From positions 1 to 56,111 of the IMG/VR virus record IMGVR_UViG_3300045996_001685: 56,111 bases of DNA. One strand, given 5' to 3'. The translations under genes were made by a program, and so were the position numbers. Below are positions 9,690-19,975 of this stretch, in pieces. The notes below the pieces were generated by a model. That model was not told the DNA's origin. It worked only from the letters and a program-made list of their open reading frames with translations, and searched no databases. Within the stretch, counting starts at the first letter, position 1. Every line of letters starts with the position of its first letter. Source of the DNA: a virus. Lineage: Duplodnaviria; Caudoviricetes.

Positions 9690-10637
9690 ATGACATGCAG
9701 CGTCACGGGCGCCAATGCCCGCCTAGCAATCAAAGAGCAGGCCGACTTGACGACGATCGCAACCGGCAACTGGAATCAGGTGCCGTTTCTGTCGTTCGAT
9801 ATGGCCGCCGTAGACGAAATCTCCGACGACCCGGTGCTAGGTTTCGGACGCGACGCGCAGCGCCCGACGCGCGATGCGATTACCGTGCGCGGCCGCGTGA
9901 CCGTGCCAGCCGACCTCATCGCCTCCGGCTACTGGCTGAAGGGCGCCTTCGGCGCGGCGACCGTCTCCGGCTCCGGCGACATTACCCACCTGTTCAAGTC
10001 CGGCGCGGTTGAGCTCCCGGCTTTCAGCCTCGAAATCCAGCATATGGACGCCCCCACCCCGATCTATTCGACCTACCGCGGCGTGATGGTGGACTCGATC
10101 GGCGTAACGTGGGGCACTCGCGGCCGGCCGCGGTTCGAAATCGGCCTCGTGGGTATCGAGGAAGTCGAGGATAACACGAGCAACGCAGGCACCCCGGTCG
10201 TCATCTCCCCGACTTGGTTTCACCACAAGACCTCGAGCGTCAAGAAGGACACGGTTCACCTCGGCAAGATCGTCGGCGCGAATATCACCTATAGCAACGA
10301 CCTCCAGGTGGCCGAGTATGTGGGCGATGCTGGTCTGGTCGGCTGTATCGCTGGCGGCATGTTCTCGGCTCGCGGGTCCATGACGGCGCGCTATAACGAG
10401 CTCGACCTTCAGACGATCGCGGCAGCAGGGACCCTCTTCGATTTGGAGATGGGTTGGACCATCGGTGCCACGCAAGCGCTTCTATTCGAGATGGACCAAG
10501 CCGAGTTGGTTCGTCGTGGCCGCTCGATTGCGAACGCAGGGGCCATCGAGCGCGCTTACGATGTGATCGCGAGCAAAGACTTCACCGAGGGCGATTCAGT
10601 CCGCGTCACCCTGAAAAATCAGGTGACCGCATACTGA
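9690..10637 (+). CDS. Tail tube (major tail) protein
   Basis: SD AAGGAG; LGFGRD, HLFKSG...LPAFSLE, C-terminal VTLKNQVTAY. Confidence 0.88.
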   Translation: MTCSVTGANARLAIKEQADLTTIATGNWNQVPFLSFDMAAVDEISDDPVLGFGRDAQRPTRDAITVRGRVTVPADLIASGYWLKGAFGAATVSGSGDITHLFKSGAVELPAFSLEIQHMDAPTPIYSTYRGVMVDSIGVTWGTRGRPRFEIGLVGIEEVEDNTSNAGTPVVISPTWFHHKTSSVKKDTVHLGKIVGANITYSNDLQVAEYVGDAGLVGCIAGGMFSARGSMTARYNELDLQTIAAAGTLFDLEMGWTIGATQALLFEMDQAELVRRGRSIANAGAIERAYDVIASKDFTEGDSVRVTLKNQVTAY

Positions 10638-10643
10638 CGCGCC

Positions 10644-11336
10644 GTGCGAATCACAGTCGACGGCGGAGTGGACCTAGGCCGCGCCTTAACGGGCGCGGCT
10701 AATGCACTAGAGCCGGGGATGGTGCGAGCCGTCTCCGGCGCATCTCGAGAGCTCAAGGGCCGCCTCCGCGCGCAGACTAACGCGGCCGGTCTCGGCCCCA
10801 AGGTCGCCAACGCGTGGCGCGACCGTGGGTATCCGCAAGACGTGGCCGCGATCGTCTACACCCGCGCCGGGCCCATCATTGAAGGCTTCGATCGCGGCGG
10901 CGTCATTTATCCGAGGGTCGCGCAAGGGCTCGCCATCCCCACGCCCGAGGCTGGCAAAGGACCGGGTGGGCGGAGGATCACCCCCAACGCATTTGTGCGC
11001 CGCACTGGCATCCCGCTTACCTTCGTGCCCGTGCGTGGTCGAGGCCGGCTCGTGGGGCTTCTCGTGGCGCGCGAGCGCAACCGGCGCTTTGGCGTGCGCA
11101 AGTCCGGACAGCTCAAGGGTCGTCAGCGGCGTATCTCCAGCCGCAGCCGGGCGAACTTGACCAACCGGCGGGAGGTGGTCGTGTTTCTGATCCTCAGCGC
11201 CGTTACGTTGCAAAAGCGCCTTGATGTGGCGGGCGCGGCCGAACTCGCGCTAAAAGACTTGGAGACACGAGTGGCAACGGAGGCGCTCGTGGCGTTCTCG
11301 CCGACCGCTGGCCGCTCCGATTTGGTGCCTAAATGA
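10644..11336 (+). CDS. Basic tail-completion protein (DUF6441/gpZ-like)
   Basis: AGLGPKVANAWR, LAIPT, VTLQKRLD; Arg-rich. Confidence 0.75.
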   Translation: MRITVDGGVDLGRALTGAANALEPGMVRAVSGASRELKGRLRAQTNAAGLGPKVANAWRDRGYPQDVAAIVYTRAGPIIEGFDRGGVIYPRVAQGLAIPTPEAGKGPGGRRITPNAFVRRTGIPLTFVPVRGRGRLVGLLVARERNRRFGVRKSGQLKGRQRRISSRSRANLTNRREVVVFLILSAVTLQKRLDVAGAAELALKDLETRVATEALVAFSPTAGRSDLVPK

Positions 11337-11818
11337 CAATCGTTCTCGGCGACCCCCTAAAGCCCGTGTGGCTCGACCTCGGCGACGATGTGCGGTTGCT
11401 GACCAATGTTCACGATCCTGTGTGTGAGATTGCCGAGCATCAGGCTTATACCGCCGAGTTGGCGAGCAATGGCGGCGACCACGCCCGCGCTCGGCTGGCG
11501 GCGCTGATAGCCATGGCTCAGTCCTGCGTGACCGAATGGCAGGGCGTCGAGTGGACCCCCGGCACCGCAGCACCGTTCACCCCCGAGAACCTCGCGCGGC
11601 TTTTCAGCGAGCACCGCGGCATTGCTATCACCTTCGGCGTGCGGCGCGCCGAGGCGCTCGAGGCATGGACGCAGGAAAAAAAAGGCTCTTCGCCCTCCTC
11701 CAATGGCATTTCCACAGCTCCCGCTTCTGCCAAGGATGCGAGCCCGGGTGCCAAACCTGCCCCTACACCCTCCAAGCGCCGCAGTCCCGAGAGGGCGCGG
11801 CCGTCTGGCGTGCATTGA
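11333..11818 (+). CDS. Tail assembly chaperone (gpG-like)
   Basis: VTEWQGVE..PFTPENLARL; before tape measure; contains slippery site. Confidence 0.85.
   Translation: MTIVLGDPLKPVWLDLGDDVRLLTNVHDPVCEIAEHQAYTAELASNGGDHARARLAALIAMAQSCVTEWQGVEWTPGTAAPFTPENLARLFSEHRGIAITFGVRRAEALEAWTQEKKGSSPSSNGISTAPASAKDASPGAKPAPTPSKRRSPERARPSGVH
11674..11685 (+). other. Programmed -1 frameshift site GGAAAAAAAAGG
   Basis: A AAA AAA heptamer in chaperone frame; -1 frame open to 12009, abutting tape measure ATG. Confidence 0.85.
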
Positions 11819-12009
11819 AGGGGTGCAGCTCGATTGTCCGGCGCTCCGAAATGTCAGGTGCCGTGCTCGGGCTGGATTGGCCAACGGCCATGCTCCTAGG
11901 GCAGGCTCGAGGAGTGCCGCCTTCGGTTCTCGCTGAGTTGCTGCCTGTGTGTGAGCTCGGCGTGCTAGTCGAGCCGCCGGACGCGGACGCTCCGGAGGAG
12001 GTGGACTAG
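11683..12009 (+). CDS. Frameshift extension of tail chaperone (gpT-like, Cys-rich)
   Basis: RLFALLQWHF..CQGC..CQTCPY..EGAAVW..GLDW. Confidence 0.8.
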   Translation, partial: RLFALLQWHFHSSRFCQGCEPGCQTCPYTLQAPQSREGAAVWRALKGCSSIVRRSEMSGAVLGLDWPTAMLLGQARGVPPSVLAELLPVCELGVLVEPPDADAPEEVD

Positions 12010-14592
12010 ATGCCAGCCGTTATCCAGAAAACCGTCCGGCTGGCCGTTGAAGGCAATCAAGTCGTTCTCCAAGAGCTCCGCACCGTCGGCACGCAGGGAG
12101 AGGCCGCGCTAAGCCGTATCGGCGTCGGAGCCAAAACCGCCAACGACAACCTCGAGACTATGGGGCGCACCGGCGGCCGCTCGGCTGCGCAGGCTCGCGC
12201 CGACTTCGTGAACTTGGGTCAGCAGATACAGGACGTAGCGGTACAGGCTCAGGCCGGCACGTCATGGTTCACAATTATGGCTCAGCAGGGGCCGCAGATT
12301 GCGAGCGCATTCTCGTTCTTAAACCCAATGACTGGGATTTTTGTCGCAATCGGTGCCGCGGTCGCTGGCGTGGTCTACAACATGGGCCTGCTAGGCGAGG
12401 AGACGCTGACTGCCGAGGAGCGGACCAATCGGCTTGATAGGGCGATGGCCAACGCCCGCAGCACCATCGGCGCCACCGCCAACACGGTCGACGAACTGAC
12501 GCGCCGGTACGCCGCGCTGAACGCTCAGCAGTTGCAAGTAGAGCGCAATCTACTCCGGGCACGGATTGATGAAGCCAAACAGATGCAAGAGCTCTCCCGT
12601 CGCAACTTGGGCGACGTGGCGGGTGCCTTGGCAAACCCTGGTGCTGCTGCCGGTCTGGCAAGGCTGTCGCAGCAGGAGCAGCAAGACCCTAGAAACCGCA
12701 TAGAGCGCGACCCGGAGCTAGACCGCCGCATCGCGGCCCTGGCCAAGGTCGAGGAGCTGCAGCGCCGTCTCGCGCAAGGCAAAGGCTCGGTTCAAGACGC
12801 CCTCGACCTCCGGGGCTTGCTCGACCAGTACCCTAAGATTGTCGAGAACCAGCAGCAGGTCGCGAACGAGCTCAGTATCCAGACTCAGGCCGCCCAAGAG
12901 GCGGACGACGCTTACAACCGGCTTAATGCCCAGCTAGCCGTCCTCGAGCAGCGCAGCACGGCGGCGGACGCCGCCACCATCGCCACAACCGGCTCAACGG
13001 CAGCGGCCGGCAAGGCAAACGATGCCTACGGCGACACGGTCAAGCGGCTGACGACGGACATCCTCAAAGCCAAGGATGCACGCAAAGGCTTTATCCAGGA
13101 GCAACTCGACCGCCTGCCCGCGGATGCCACGCCCGAGCAGCGCGCGGAGGTGCAGCGCCTAGCCGAGGCTTACTTCGATGCGTCAAAGAAAACGGATGCC
13201 TATGGCGACTCCGTTAAGAGGCTGGCAACCGATCTCCTTAAGACAAAGGATGCCCGAAAGGGGTTTATCCAGGAGCAGCTAGACCGGCTGCCGGCCGAAG
13301 CTACCGCAGAGCAGCGCGCAGAGGTCGAGCGACTCGCCGGTGCTTACTTTGACTCCCAAGCGGCAAGCCGGGCTGCGCACACGGCGCAAGTCACCGGCGC
13401 CCGCCAAGCTAAGGCGGCCGTCAGAGACCTTGCCGCCGAGCATCAGCGCGACCTCGACCTTCTCGACCGGCTCGCTATCCGTGCCGAGGGCCGCACAAAC
13501 GACCTCGCCGAGAGGGTCCGTGCTAGCGGTCGCCAAGCTGTCGAGCAGTTGTCGGAGTCGGGCGAGAAAGACCCGGGGATGGTCGCCCGGACGCGAGAGG
13601 CCGGCGAGAATGTCGAACTGCGCTCCGCAGCCCGCCGTCGGGAGGCTGACGCCATCCGCGAAGCGACCAGGGCAAACACTGAGGCGGACCGGGTCCTGCA
13701 ACGGGCGCTGCCGCTGCAAGATGCTTACCTTAAGCAGCTCGCCGACATCGAGTCGGCGACCCTGACCAAAATACGGCTCAACCCTCAGCTAGCAGAGACT
13801 TACCGGCAGATAGGTGAGGCCGCCAAGCAGGCTGCCGGCGAGGAGAACCGGGAGGCGCTGCGGGCCGAGGCCGAGCGCAAGCGTCAGGCTCAAATGGACG
13901 AGCTCGAGCTAACCGGCGGTGCCGGCGGTGGCGTTACGCTGTGGCTGGACGACCTACGGCAAGAAACGATGTCAGTTGCCAGCATGACGCGCGAGACGCT
14001 CGGCGGTGCTTGGCAAGCAACCGGGGACATCATTCGCAACACCATCCTCGGCGTCAAAACCGACTTCAAAGCAATGGCCGCGAGCTTTATTGCTGACACG
14101 GCTGCGATGATTGCTCAACAGATGCTCCTTCGTGGAGTAATGGGACTGTTCGGCGGAGGCGCTGGCGCGACAGCCGCCCCGGCCGCTGGCGGCGGTTTCT
14201 TGTCCATGTTCGCGCCTATTCTCGGGGTGTTTGGACGTCACCAGGGCGGACGGATTGAGAGTGGTATCCCTGACCGCAACGTGCCCGCGGCCGCATTCGA
14301 CAATGCCGTCCGGCGCCACGATGGCGGACCCCTCGGGCTTGGCCCCGACGAGGTCCCCTTCATCGGATTGCGTGGCGAGCGGGTGCTAAATCGAAAAGAG
14401 GCGAGAGAGTGGGAGGAGCGGCGCGAGTCGGCCGTGACCGTAAACCAAACGCTGAATGTGGACGCTCGCGGGTCGCAGGACCCGGGGATGGTCGGGGCGG
14501 TCGTGCGGCTCAGCGCTAATCAGGCGCGCCGCGAGATGCGCCAAGAGCTTTCATCCGCGCGGCGTGGCCGGATGCGGCCCGGTAGGGGGTAG
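12010..14592 (+). CDS. Tape measure protein
   Basis: QIQDVAVQ..G....MAQQGPQI N-terminal motif; Ala-rich helices; HDGG..DEVP..GERVL C-terminus. Confidence 0.95.
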   Translation: MPAVIQKTVRLAVEGNQVVLQELRTVGTQGEAALSRIGVGAKTANDNLETMGRTGGRSAAQARADFVNLGQQIQDVAVQAQAGTSWFTIMAQQGPQIASAFSFLNPMTGIFVAIGAAVAGVVYNMGLLGEETLTAEERTNRLDRAMANARSTIGATANTVDELTRRYAALNAQQLQVERNLLRARIDEAKQMQELSRRNLGDVAGALANPGAAAGLARLSQQEQQDPRNRIERDPELDRRIAALAKVEELQRRLAQGKGSVQDALDLRGLLDQYPKIVENQQQVANELSIQTQAAQEADDAYNRLNAQLAVLEQRSTAADAATIATTGSTAAAGKANDAYGDTVKRLTTDILKAKDARKGFIQEQLDRLPADATPEQRAEVQRLAEAYFDASKKTDAYGDSVKRLATDLLKTKDARKGFIQEQLDRLPAEATAEQRAEVERLAGAYFDSQAASRAAHTAQVTGARQAKAAVRDLAAEHQRDLDLLDRLAIRAEGRTNDLAERVRASGRQAVEQLSESGEKDPGMVARTREAGENVELRSAARRREADAIREATRANTEADRVLQRALPLQDAYLKQLADIESATLTKIRLNPQLAETYRQIGEAAKQAAGEENREALRAEAERKRQAQMDELELTGGAGGGVTLWLDDLRQETMSVASMTRETLGGAWQATGDIIRNTILGVKTDFKAMAASFIADTAAMIAQQMLLRGVMGLFGGGAGATAAPAAGGGFLSMFAPILGVFGRHQGGRIESGIPDRNVPAAAFDNAVRRHDGGPLGLGPDEVPFIGLRGERVLNRKEAREWEERRESAVTVNQTLNVDARGSQDPGMVGAVVRLSANQARREMRQELSSARRGRMRPGRG
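13021..13353 (+). repeat. 174 bp (58 aa) tandem duplication inside tape measure gene
   Basis: DAYGD(T/S)VKRL..D.LK.KDARKGFIQEQLDRLPA twice, starting 13021 and 13195. Confidence 0.9.
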
Positions 14593-14594
14593 AG

Positions 14595-15212
14595 ATGGCG
14601 GAGCCTTGGCCGACCACCATCCGCCCGACTGCGATGGACGTGCAACTAGGCACGACGAGTATTATCATCGAGTCGCAGCGCAACCCCCTCCTCGCCTTCG
14701 TGTGGGAGCTCCCAATCCAACTGTGGAGCGCCACGCTGACGTTCGGCATGCTGACCGAACCACAGCGCCGGCTGCTGCAAGGGTTTCTGGCCGGGCTCGA
14801 CGGGCCGGCCGGCCGGGTCGAGCTCCCCGATTGGGATTACGATGGCGTCAACGCAGGAGCTATCCGCGGCGGCGCCACAGGGAGCATGACGGCCACCGGG
14901 GACAAGGACGCTAAGATAATCGACGTGTCAGGTGTGGGCGGCAGCGCCCCTCACTTCCGAGCCGGCGACCGTCTTGGCATCGGTGGTTATGTCTACATCG
15001 TGACCGCGGACGCCACCGCTTCAGGCGGCACGGCCGAGCTGTCCATCCGCCCGCGGTTGCGAGCTCAGGCTGCGGCCGCTGCCGTGTCAGTCTCGGGGCT
15101 GACGTTTGTCATGAGGCTGGCCGACGACGCCCAAAACCGTATCCAAGCCCGCGGCGGTATTCGCGGAGAGGCCGCTGTGTCGCTAGTTGAGGCGATAGAC
15201 ATCAGTGCGTGA
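14595..15212 (+). CDS. Distal tail protein-like
   Basis: After tape measure; FLAGLDGPAG, GD..IG, I.PRLR pattern. Confidence 0.75.
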   Translation: MAEPWPTTIRPTAMDVQLGTTSIIIESQRNPLLAFVWELPIQLWSATLTFGMLTEPQRRLLQGFLAGLDGPAGRVELPDWDYDGVNAGAIRGGATGSMTATGDKDAKIIDVSGVGGSAPHFRAGDRLGIGGYVYIVTADATASGGTAELSIRPRLRAQAAAAAVSVSGLTFVMRLADDAQNRIQARGGIRGEAAVSLVEAIDISA

Positions 15213-15822
15213 TGATTTCCCAACCGCCTTTAACGACGCCCTCGAGGACCCGACGGGCGTTTGCGTTATCTGGCTCCTCGAGGCTGACTTCGGCCCCACC
15301 ACTGGCTACCTCCGACTGTGGACAGGTATCGGCGTGCTCGCCGTCGACGGGTTTGATTGGTTTGGCGGCGCGCAACTCGTCGAGATTGAGGACGGGCCGG
15401 AGAGCGTCGAGGGCTCAGTTGGCAACTTTGTGTTTAGCCTACCGTGGCGCGACCCGGTGACCATGCGCGACTATATCGAAGACGCCAAGAATGCGACGTC
15501 GGGAGGGTTGGCTTACTGGCGCGAAGCTCACATGGCGCCAGACGGGTCGCTGACGTCGGACCCGGTGCCCATGTGGCGCGGGCGCATCTCCTCGATACGC
15601 ATCGCCGAACAGTCTGTCTCGAGCACCGGCGGTCGTGGCATCGTGGTATCAGTTACCTGCGGCGACGATGCGGCACCGGCCGATCGGGCGGAGGTCTACC
15701 GAGTAACCGACTCGACCCAACGCAAAATCGACCCGACCGACAAAGGGCTGGAGTACCTCTCCACGCTCGGCAACATCGAAATTAAGTGGGGCGGGCTCTG
15801 GTACTCCCGCGAGCAGGACTGA
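15205..15822 (+). CDS. Tail tip/hub protein
   Basis: LRLWTGIG, TDSTQRKIDPTDKGLEY..IKWG. Confidence 0.75.
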   Translation: MRDDFPTAFNDALEDPTGVCVIWLLEADFGPTTGYLRLWTGIGVLAVDGFDWFGGAQLVEIEDGPESVEGSVGNFVFSLPWRDPVTMRDYIEDAKNATSGGLAYWREAHMAPDGSLTSDPVPMWRGRISSIRIAEQSVSSTGGRGIVVSVTCGDDAAPADRAEVYRVTDSTQRKIDPTDKGLEYLSTLGNIEIKWGGLWYSREQD

Positions 15823-16265
15823 TGCCGGCCGCTCGTGCCAAGCGGCGACCCGATTGGGTCCGACGGTGGTATGACTGGATTCGCGCGGCCGACCTCGAGC
15901 CGATGGTGTGGGGCCAGACCGATTGCGTGCTGACGGTTGCGAGCGCGGTTGAGGCGCTCACCGGCGAGCACCCTGCCCCGGCGATGATAGGCTCATACAA
16001 GACCGAGAAGGGGGCGCTAGGCCGCGTCAAGCGCCTCGGCGGCCTAGATGCGCTGGCGACCCGATACCTCGGCGAGCCGCTCCTTACACCCCGTCTAGCG
16101 CAGCGTGGTGACGTGGTGTTGTTCGCGCTCGAAGATCAGCCCGGCAAGCCCTCGGTCGAGCGGCTCGGACTGTGTGAGGGGGCGACTATCCTGGCACGCG
16201 GCGACCGCGGTCTGGCGCGCCGGCCGATGCGCCTTGCAATCAAAGCGTGGCCGGTGGGGCGCTAA
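15822..16265 (+). CDS. NlpC/P60-like tail assembly protein (DUF6950-like)
   Basis: WGQTDC and AQRGDVV motifs; TGATG coupling. Confidence 0.75.
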   Translation: MPAARAKRRPDWVRRWYDWIRAADLEPMVWGQTDCVLTVASAVEALTGEHPAPAMIGSYKTEKGALGRVKRLGGLDALATRYLGEPLLTPRLAQRGDVVLFALEDQPGKPSVERLGLCEGATILARGDRGLARRPMRLAIKAWPVGR

Positions 16266-19200
16266 TGGCAAAAACAGCTACTCTCATCGGCGTGGCGGTT
16301 GGGCTCGGTGTGGCCGCTGTGGCTACGGGCGGCACCGCCCTAGCGTTCGTCTCCCCCTTCCTCGCGAGCGCCGCGGTCGCGGCCGGCGGGATGGCAGCCA
16401 CCTCCCTGTTTGCACCGTCCATGCCGGCGGGAGGAGGCGGCAGCCGCGGCCCGGAGCTCTCCGAAGAGCCCACCATACCTCCCGAGCGCATCATCTATGG
16501 TGAGGTGTTAGTCCCCGGTGACGTCATCTTTGCGTGCCGGCACATTGAGCGCATCGAAGACGATGATGATCGCGACTTCGTCCACTTGCTGTTTCATATC
16601 ACCCGGCGCCGCGCGCTGACGGGGTTGGTCGGCGTCCGGATCAACAACGACCTGTGTTTTCTGGAGGCGAATAACGGCCGTGTCGAGTACTGGCCGGACG
16701 ACGCTCTGATACCGGCTTTCACCAAATACGAGCGGTATTTCTGCGCGTTCTTCAAGCCGGGCACCGCTGACCCGGAGCCGCTCGATTATTTGATGGAGCA
16801 TAGCACCGGCGAGTGGACAGAGGACCACAAGCTAACGTCTGTCGCTGCGGTGCACGCGGTTTACCGTTTCAACGAAGACCTTTGGCCGTCCGGTCGCCCG
16901 CCGACGATGTTTTTGGTCCGGGGCTTTGCCGTCGAGGACATCCGCACCTCGACCACGGCATACAGCGCCAACCCGGCGCTCGTGTGGCGCGACAGTCGAA
17001 TCAGCGTGCACGGACCCGAGGGCGGCGACGACCCGGCGCTAATCGACGACGCGACCACCATCGCTGCGGCGAATGTGTGCGACGAGACGCTGGTCAAAAA
17101 GGACGGGACGGAGGTCAAGCGCTACGAAATCCATTATTGGCGCGAAGCCACCGCTCCCTATCCGCAAATCGAGGAGGAGATTCTCGCGACGATGCTGGGC
17201 ACAACCGCCCGCGTCGGCATCGCTCTGCAAGTTCACGCAGGAGCACCTCGCGCGACGGTAATGTCTTTGGACGCCGACCTGCACCTCTCGGGGCCGATAG
17301 AGCTCGAGCGCCGCCGCGACCAGGAGGCAATGGCAAACGAAGCGCACGCGTTGTTCCCGGACGTGCGTGCGGTGTACGAGGACAACGACACCCCTAGCTG
17401 GCCGCCGGCCGACCCGAACCCACTGCGCGTCGAGGACGGCGGGCGCATCCGCGTGGCCGAGCTCCGCTATCCGGGTGTCCCGTTTACCGAGCAGGCTCAG
17501 CGCCTCACTAAAGCGTGGTTGCTTACCCACCGCCGGCAAATCGCCCTCAGCGGCCGCTTCAAGCCGATTGCCCGTCGCCTCACCCCGATGGACGTGTTTG
17601 CCTACACGGACTCGTTGATGGGGTTTGACGCGGCCTTGTTTCAGGTCCGCACCACACACCGTCAGGCCGACGGCTCGGTATTGGTCACGGCGCGCGAGTA
17701 CTCCGACGACGACTATGTGTGGGACCCGGATGACGAGCAGGACCACGGGGGCGGCGGAGGAGGAGCGGGCGGGCCGTGGCAACCGACGGGGTACGCGGTA
17801 TGGGGACGGTTTACGGTCTTGGCCGTCATCCTGCCGGAGGGGACCCTACGAGGTATCAAGGTCCCTCTGAATATCACTCACCCCGAGCTGCGGTCGGTCG
17901 CCAATGGCGGCGTCGTCGAGCACGGGTCAGGCTTTGACATCACCTTTGCTTCTCCTGAAGGCACCGGCGGAGGCGGGGTGCTGTGGTTTAAGCGCAACTC
18001 GTGGGACGCGGCCACGGGCGAGCTAGACGTGGTGGTGGACTGCTGGACGAGCCCGGAGACGGGTTCGCACTTTTATGTCTTCGCCGGCAACCCGGACGTC
18101 GACGAAGACCCGGCGAACCCGGATGCGGTCGACGATAGCGAGTCGGTGCTCCTTGATGATGACCTAGACTTCGGGGTGGCGCATTCGCTGCTAGCTCCGA
18201 CCACGGGTCCGATTTTGGTCGACGCCCCGCACCTGCGTCGCCGCGTCGAGGTCGAGGCAGAAACCCGGTTTCGGGTCGCAGGCGCCGCCGGGGCGTCCAT
18301 CACTGACGCAGGCTCGCCCTCGGCTGGTAGCGTGACAATCGACGGCGACGAAATCGTCTTTGATGCGCCAGCCACTGAGGGGGCGATAACGTGGCAATAC
18401 GAGCTCACCGTGGGCGGCGATGCAGACATAGGGTGGCTGCGCGCGCTGGTAGGTGAGGGCGGCTCAGCGCCCGATAACGCCTATGTGTTCGGGAGCGACT
18501 GGACGGACAACTGGGTGCCGATGTTTGCGGACGCCGCCAGCAGCGTCACGCAGGTGTCTAATGGCACCATTGCAATGACGTCCCCGGACATCACCGGCAA
18601 CGGCGGTACGGCGATAGTCTGTAAGACGGCATGGACGGGCAATTTTGACTTTGAGGTGCCTATCCGCTGGACAGCCGCTCAGGGCACACAGCGCTTTATT
18701 CAGTTTGGTTTTGACATGGTGGGCGACGGCACGGGGGTTTACGTCGCCAACTTCTCGGCGTGGCCGTCTAATGAGCCGCCGAGTGACTCGCTATTTGCCG
18801 ACCACGCCTCGGGCGTGCGGTTGTCGACGTTTACCGAGAACACCGGCGACTCGAGCCTTAACGACCGGGTGTCGCCTAAGCAGTACGACGAATCAGGCTC
18901 GACGGTCGACCTCGGCGCGGATGCCACCGGCATAACCCACGCGCAGAATGTGTGGCACACTATCTCGTTTACTCGTGTCGGGACCAAGCTCACCTACGCC
19001 GACCGCACGGCCGGCGGCACGACCCGGACCGCGAGCTGGACAAACGCAGCAATCGACGGCGGGCCGGGCCGGTTTTTCATCTTGTGCTGGGGGCGTGATA
19101 TCCAGGTCATGAATCCGACCGTCACCATCCCCAACGACGGGGGCGGAGGCGGAGGTGGCGGCGTCCCGGCTGACGGCTGGATTGGCGGCAACCCCGGCAC

Positions 19201-19921
19201 TGGCGGGCGACGCCTTATCCAGGGACAAACCTTTAACAATAAAGTTGACACCTCTGGCCAGAGAAACGTGGATTACTACCAGTGCACGTTTTCGGCGGGC
19301 GGCTCTACGCGGCCAATTCACGAACGCGTCGGACAGAACATCCGGTTCTTGGACTGCACGTTCGAGGATTACAATAGCGTAGAAGGCTACATGTATATTA
19401 ACATGGGCCACGAGCCGAAGCGGCTTGGACTAATCGTGCAGGGGTGCACGTACCAAAACATTACCGGCCGGTTTATATGGGAGAGCAAGGGTTTTGACGG
19501 GCTGATCTTCGCAGACAATACCATTGCGGGCAGCGTCAGCGTCCGGCAAGGCTTTCGTATTCGTCACGGTATACGCAACTCTATCGTCCGAAACACTGGG
19601 CTAAGGCAAATCAACGTGCGCGGCGCCGAGCACGTCTTGGCCGAGAACTCCGGCGCTCGCGTTATTCTGTATGCTGGTTCTCTGCCGGCGCGTTACGAGG
19701 ACTGGAAGCCGTTGCACGTCCCTGGCCTAGAACGCAATTGGCAGTGCGCTGATGACTGCTATGTTGAAGCCTGCGGCAGCGTCGACGTCGGGACATGGAC
19801 GGACGGTGAGCATAAATATCTAGCCACCGGCAACAAAATCCATCCCGATCAGGACAACGTGCGGCTGATTTCTGGCGGCCAGAGAAACACAATAAGGGTT
19901 GCAGTGGATTGGGAGGACTAG
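16265..19921 (+). CDS. Central tail tip / host-specificity protein (gpJ-like) with DUF2341-like, lectin-like and C-terminal beta-helix domains
   Basis: RIIYGEVLVPG, YSANPAL, AAANVCDE, QAQRLTK; Gly-run linkers separate modules. Confidence 0.88.
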   Translation: MAKTATLIGVAVGLGVAAVATGGTALAFVSPFLASAAVAAGGMAATSLFAPSMPAGGGGSRGPELSEEPTIPPERIIYGEVLVPGDVIFACRHIERIEDDDDRDFVHLLFHITRRRALTGLVGVRINNDLCFLEANNGRVEYWPDDALIPAFTKYERYFCAFFKPGTADPEPLDYLMEHSTGEWTEDHKLTSVAAVHAVYRFNEDLWPSGRPPTMFLVRGFAVEDIRTSTTAYSANPALVWRDSRISVHGPEGGDDPALIDDATTIAAANVCDETLVKKDGTEVKRYEIHYWREATAPYPQIEEEILATMLGTTARVGIALQVHAGAPRATVMSLDADLHLSGPIELERRRDQEAMANEAHALFPDVRAVYEDNDTPSWPPADPNPLRVEDGGRIRVAELRYPGVPFTEQAQRLTKAWLLTHRRQIALSGRFKPIARRLTPMDVFAYTDSLMGFDAALFQVRTTHRQADGSVLVTAREYSDDDYVWDPDDEQDHGGGGGGAGGPWQPTGYAVWGRFTVLAVILPEGTLRGIKVPLNITHPELRSVANGGVVEHGSGFDITFASPEGTGGGGVLWFKRNSWDAATGELDVVVDCWTSPETGSHFYVFAGNPDVDEDPANPDAVDDSESVLLDDDLDFGVAHSLLAPTTGPILVDAPHLRRRVEVEAETRFRVAGAAGASITDAGSPSAGSVTIDGDEIVFDAPATEGAITWQYELTVGGDADIGWLRALVGEGGSAPDNAYVFGSDWTDNWVPMFADAASSVTQVSNGTIAMTSPDITGNGGTAIVCKTAWTGNFDFEVPIRWTAAQGTQRFIQFGFDMVGDGTGVYVANFSAWPSNEPPSDSLFADHASGVRLSTFTENTGDSSLNDRVSPKQYDESGSTVDLGADATGITHAQNVWHTISFTRVGTKLTYADRTAGGTTRTASWTNAAIDGGPGRFFILCWGRDIQVMNPTVTIPNDGGGGGGGGVPADGWIGGNPGTGGRRLIQGQTFNNKVDTSGQRNVDYYQCTFSAGGSTRPIHERVGQNIRFLDCTFEDYNSVEGYMYINMGHEPKRLGLIVQGCTYQNITGRFIWESKGFDGLIFADNTIAGSVSVRQGFRIRHGIRNSIVRNTGLRQINVRGAEHVLAENSGARVILYAGSLPARYEDWKPLHVPGLERNWQCADDCYVEACGSVDVGTWTDGEHKYLATGNKIHPDQDNVRLISGGQRNTIRVAVDWED

Positions 19922-19975
19922 CGCATGCGAATGGATTATGATGCGGGTGACAGCCTACAAACCTAGGAGAGCAAA

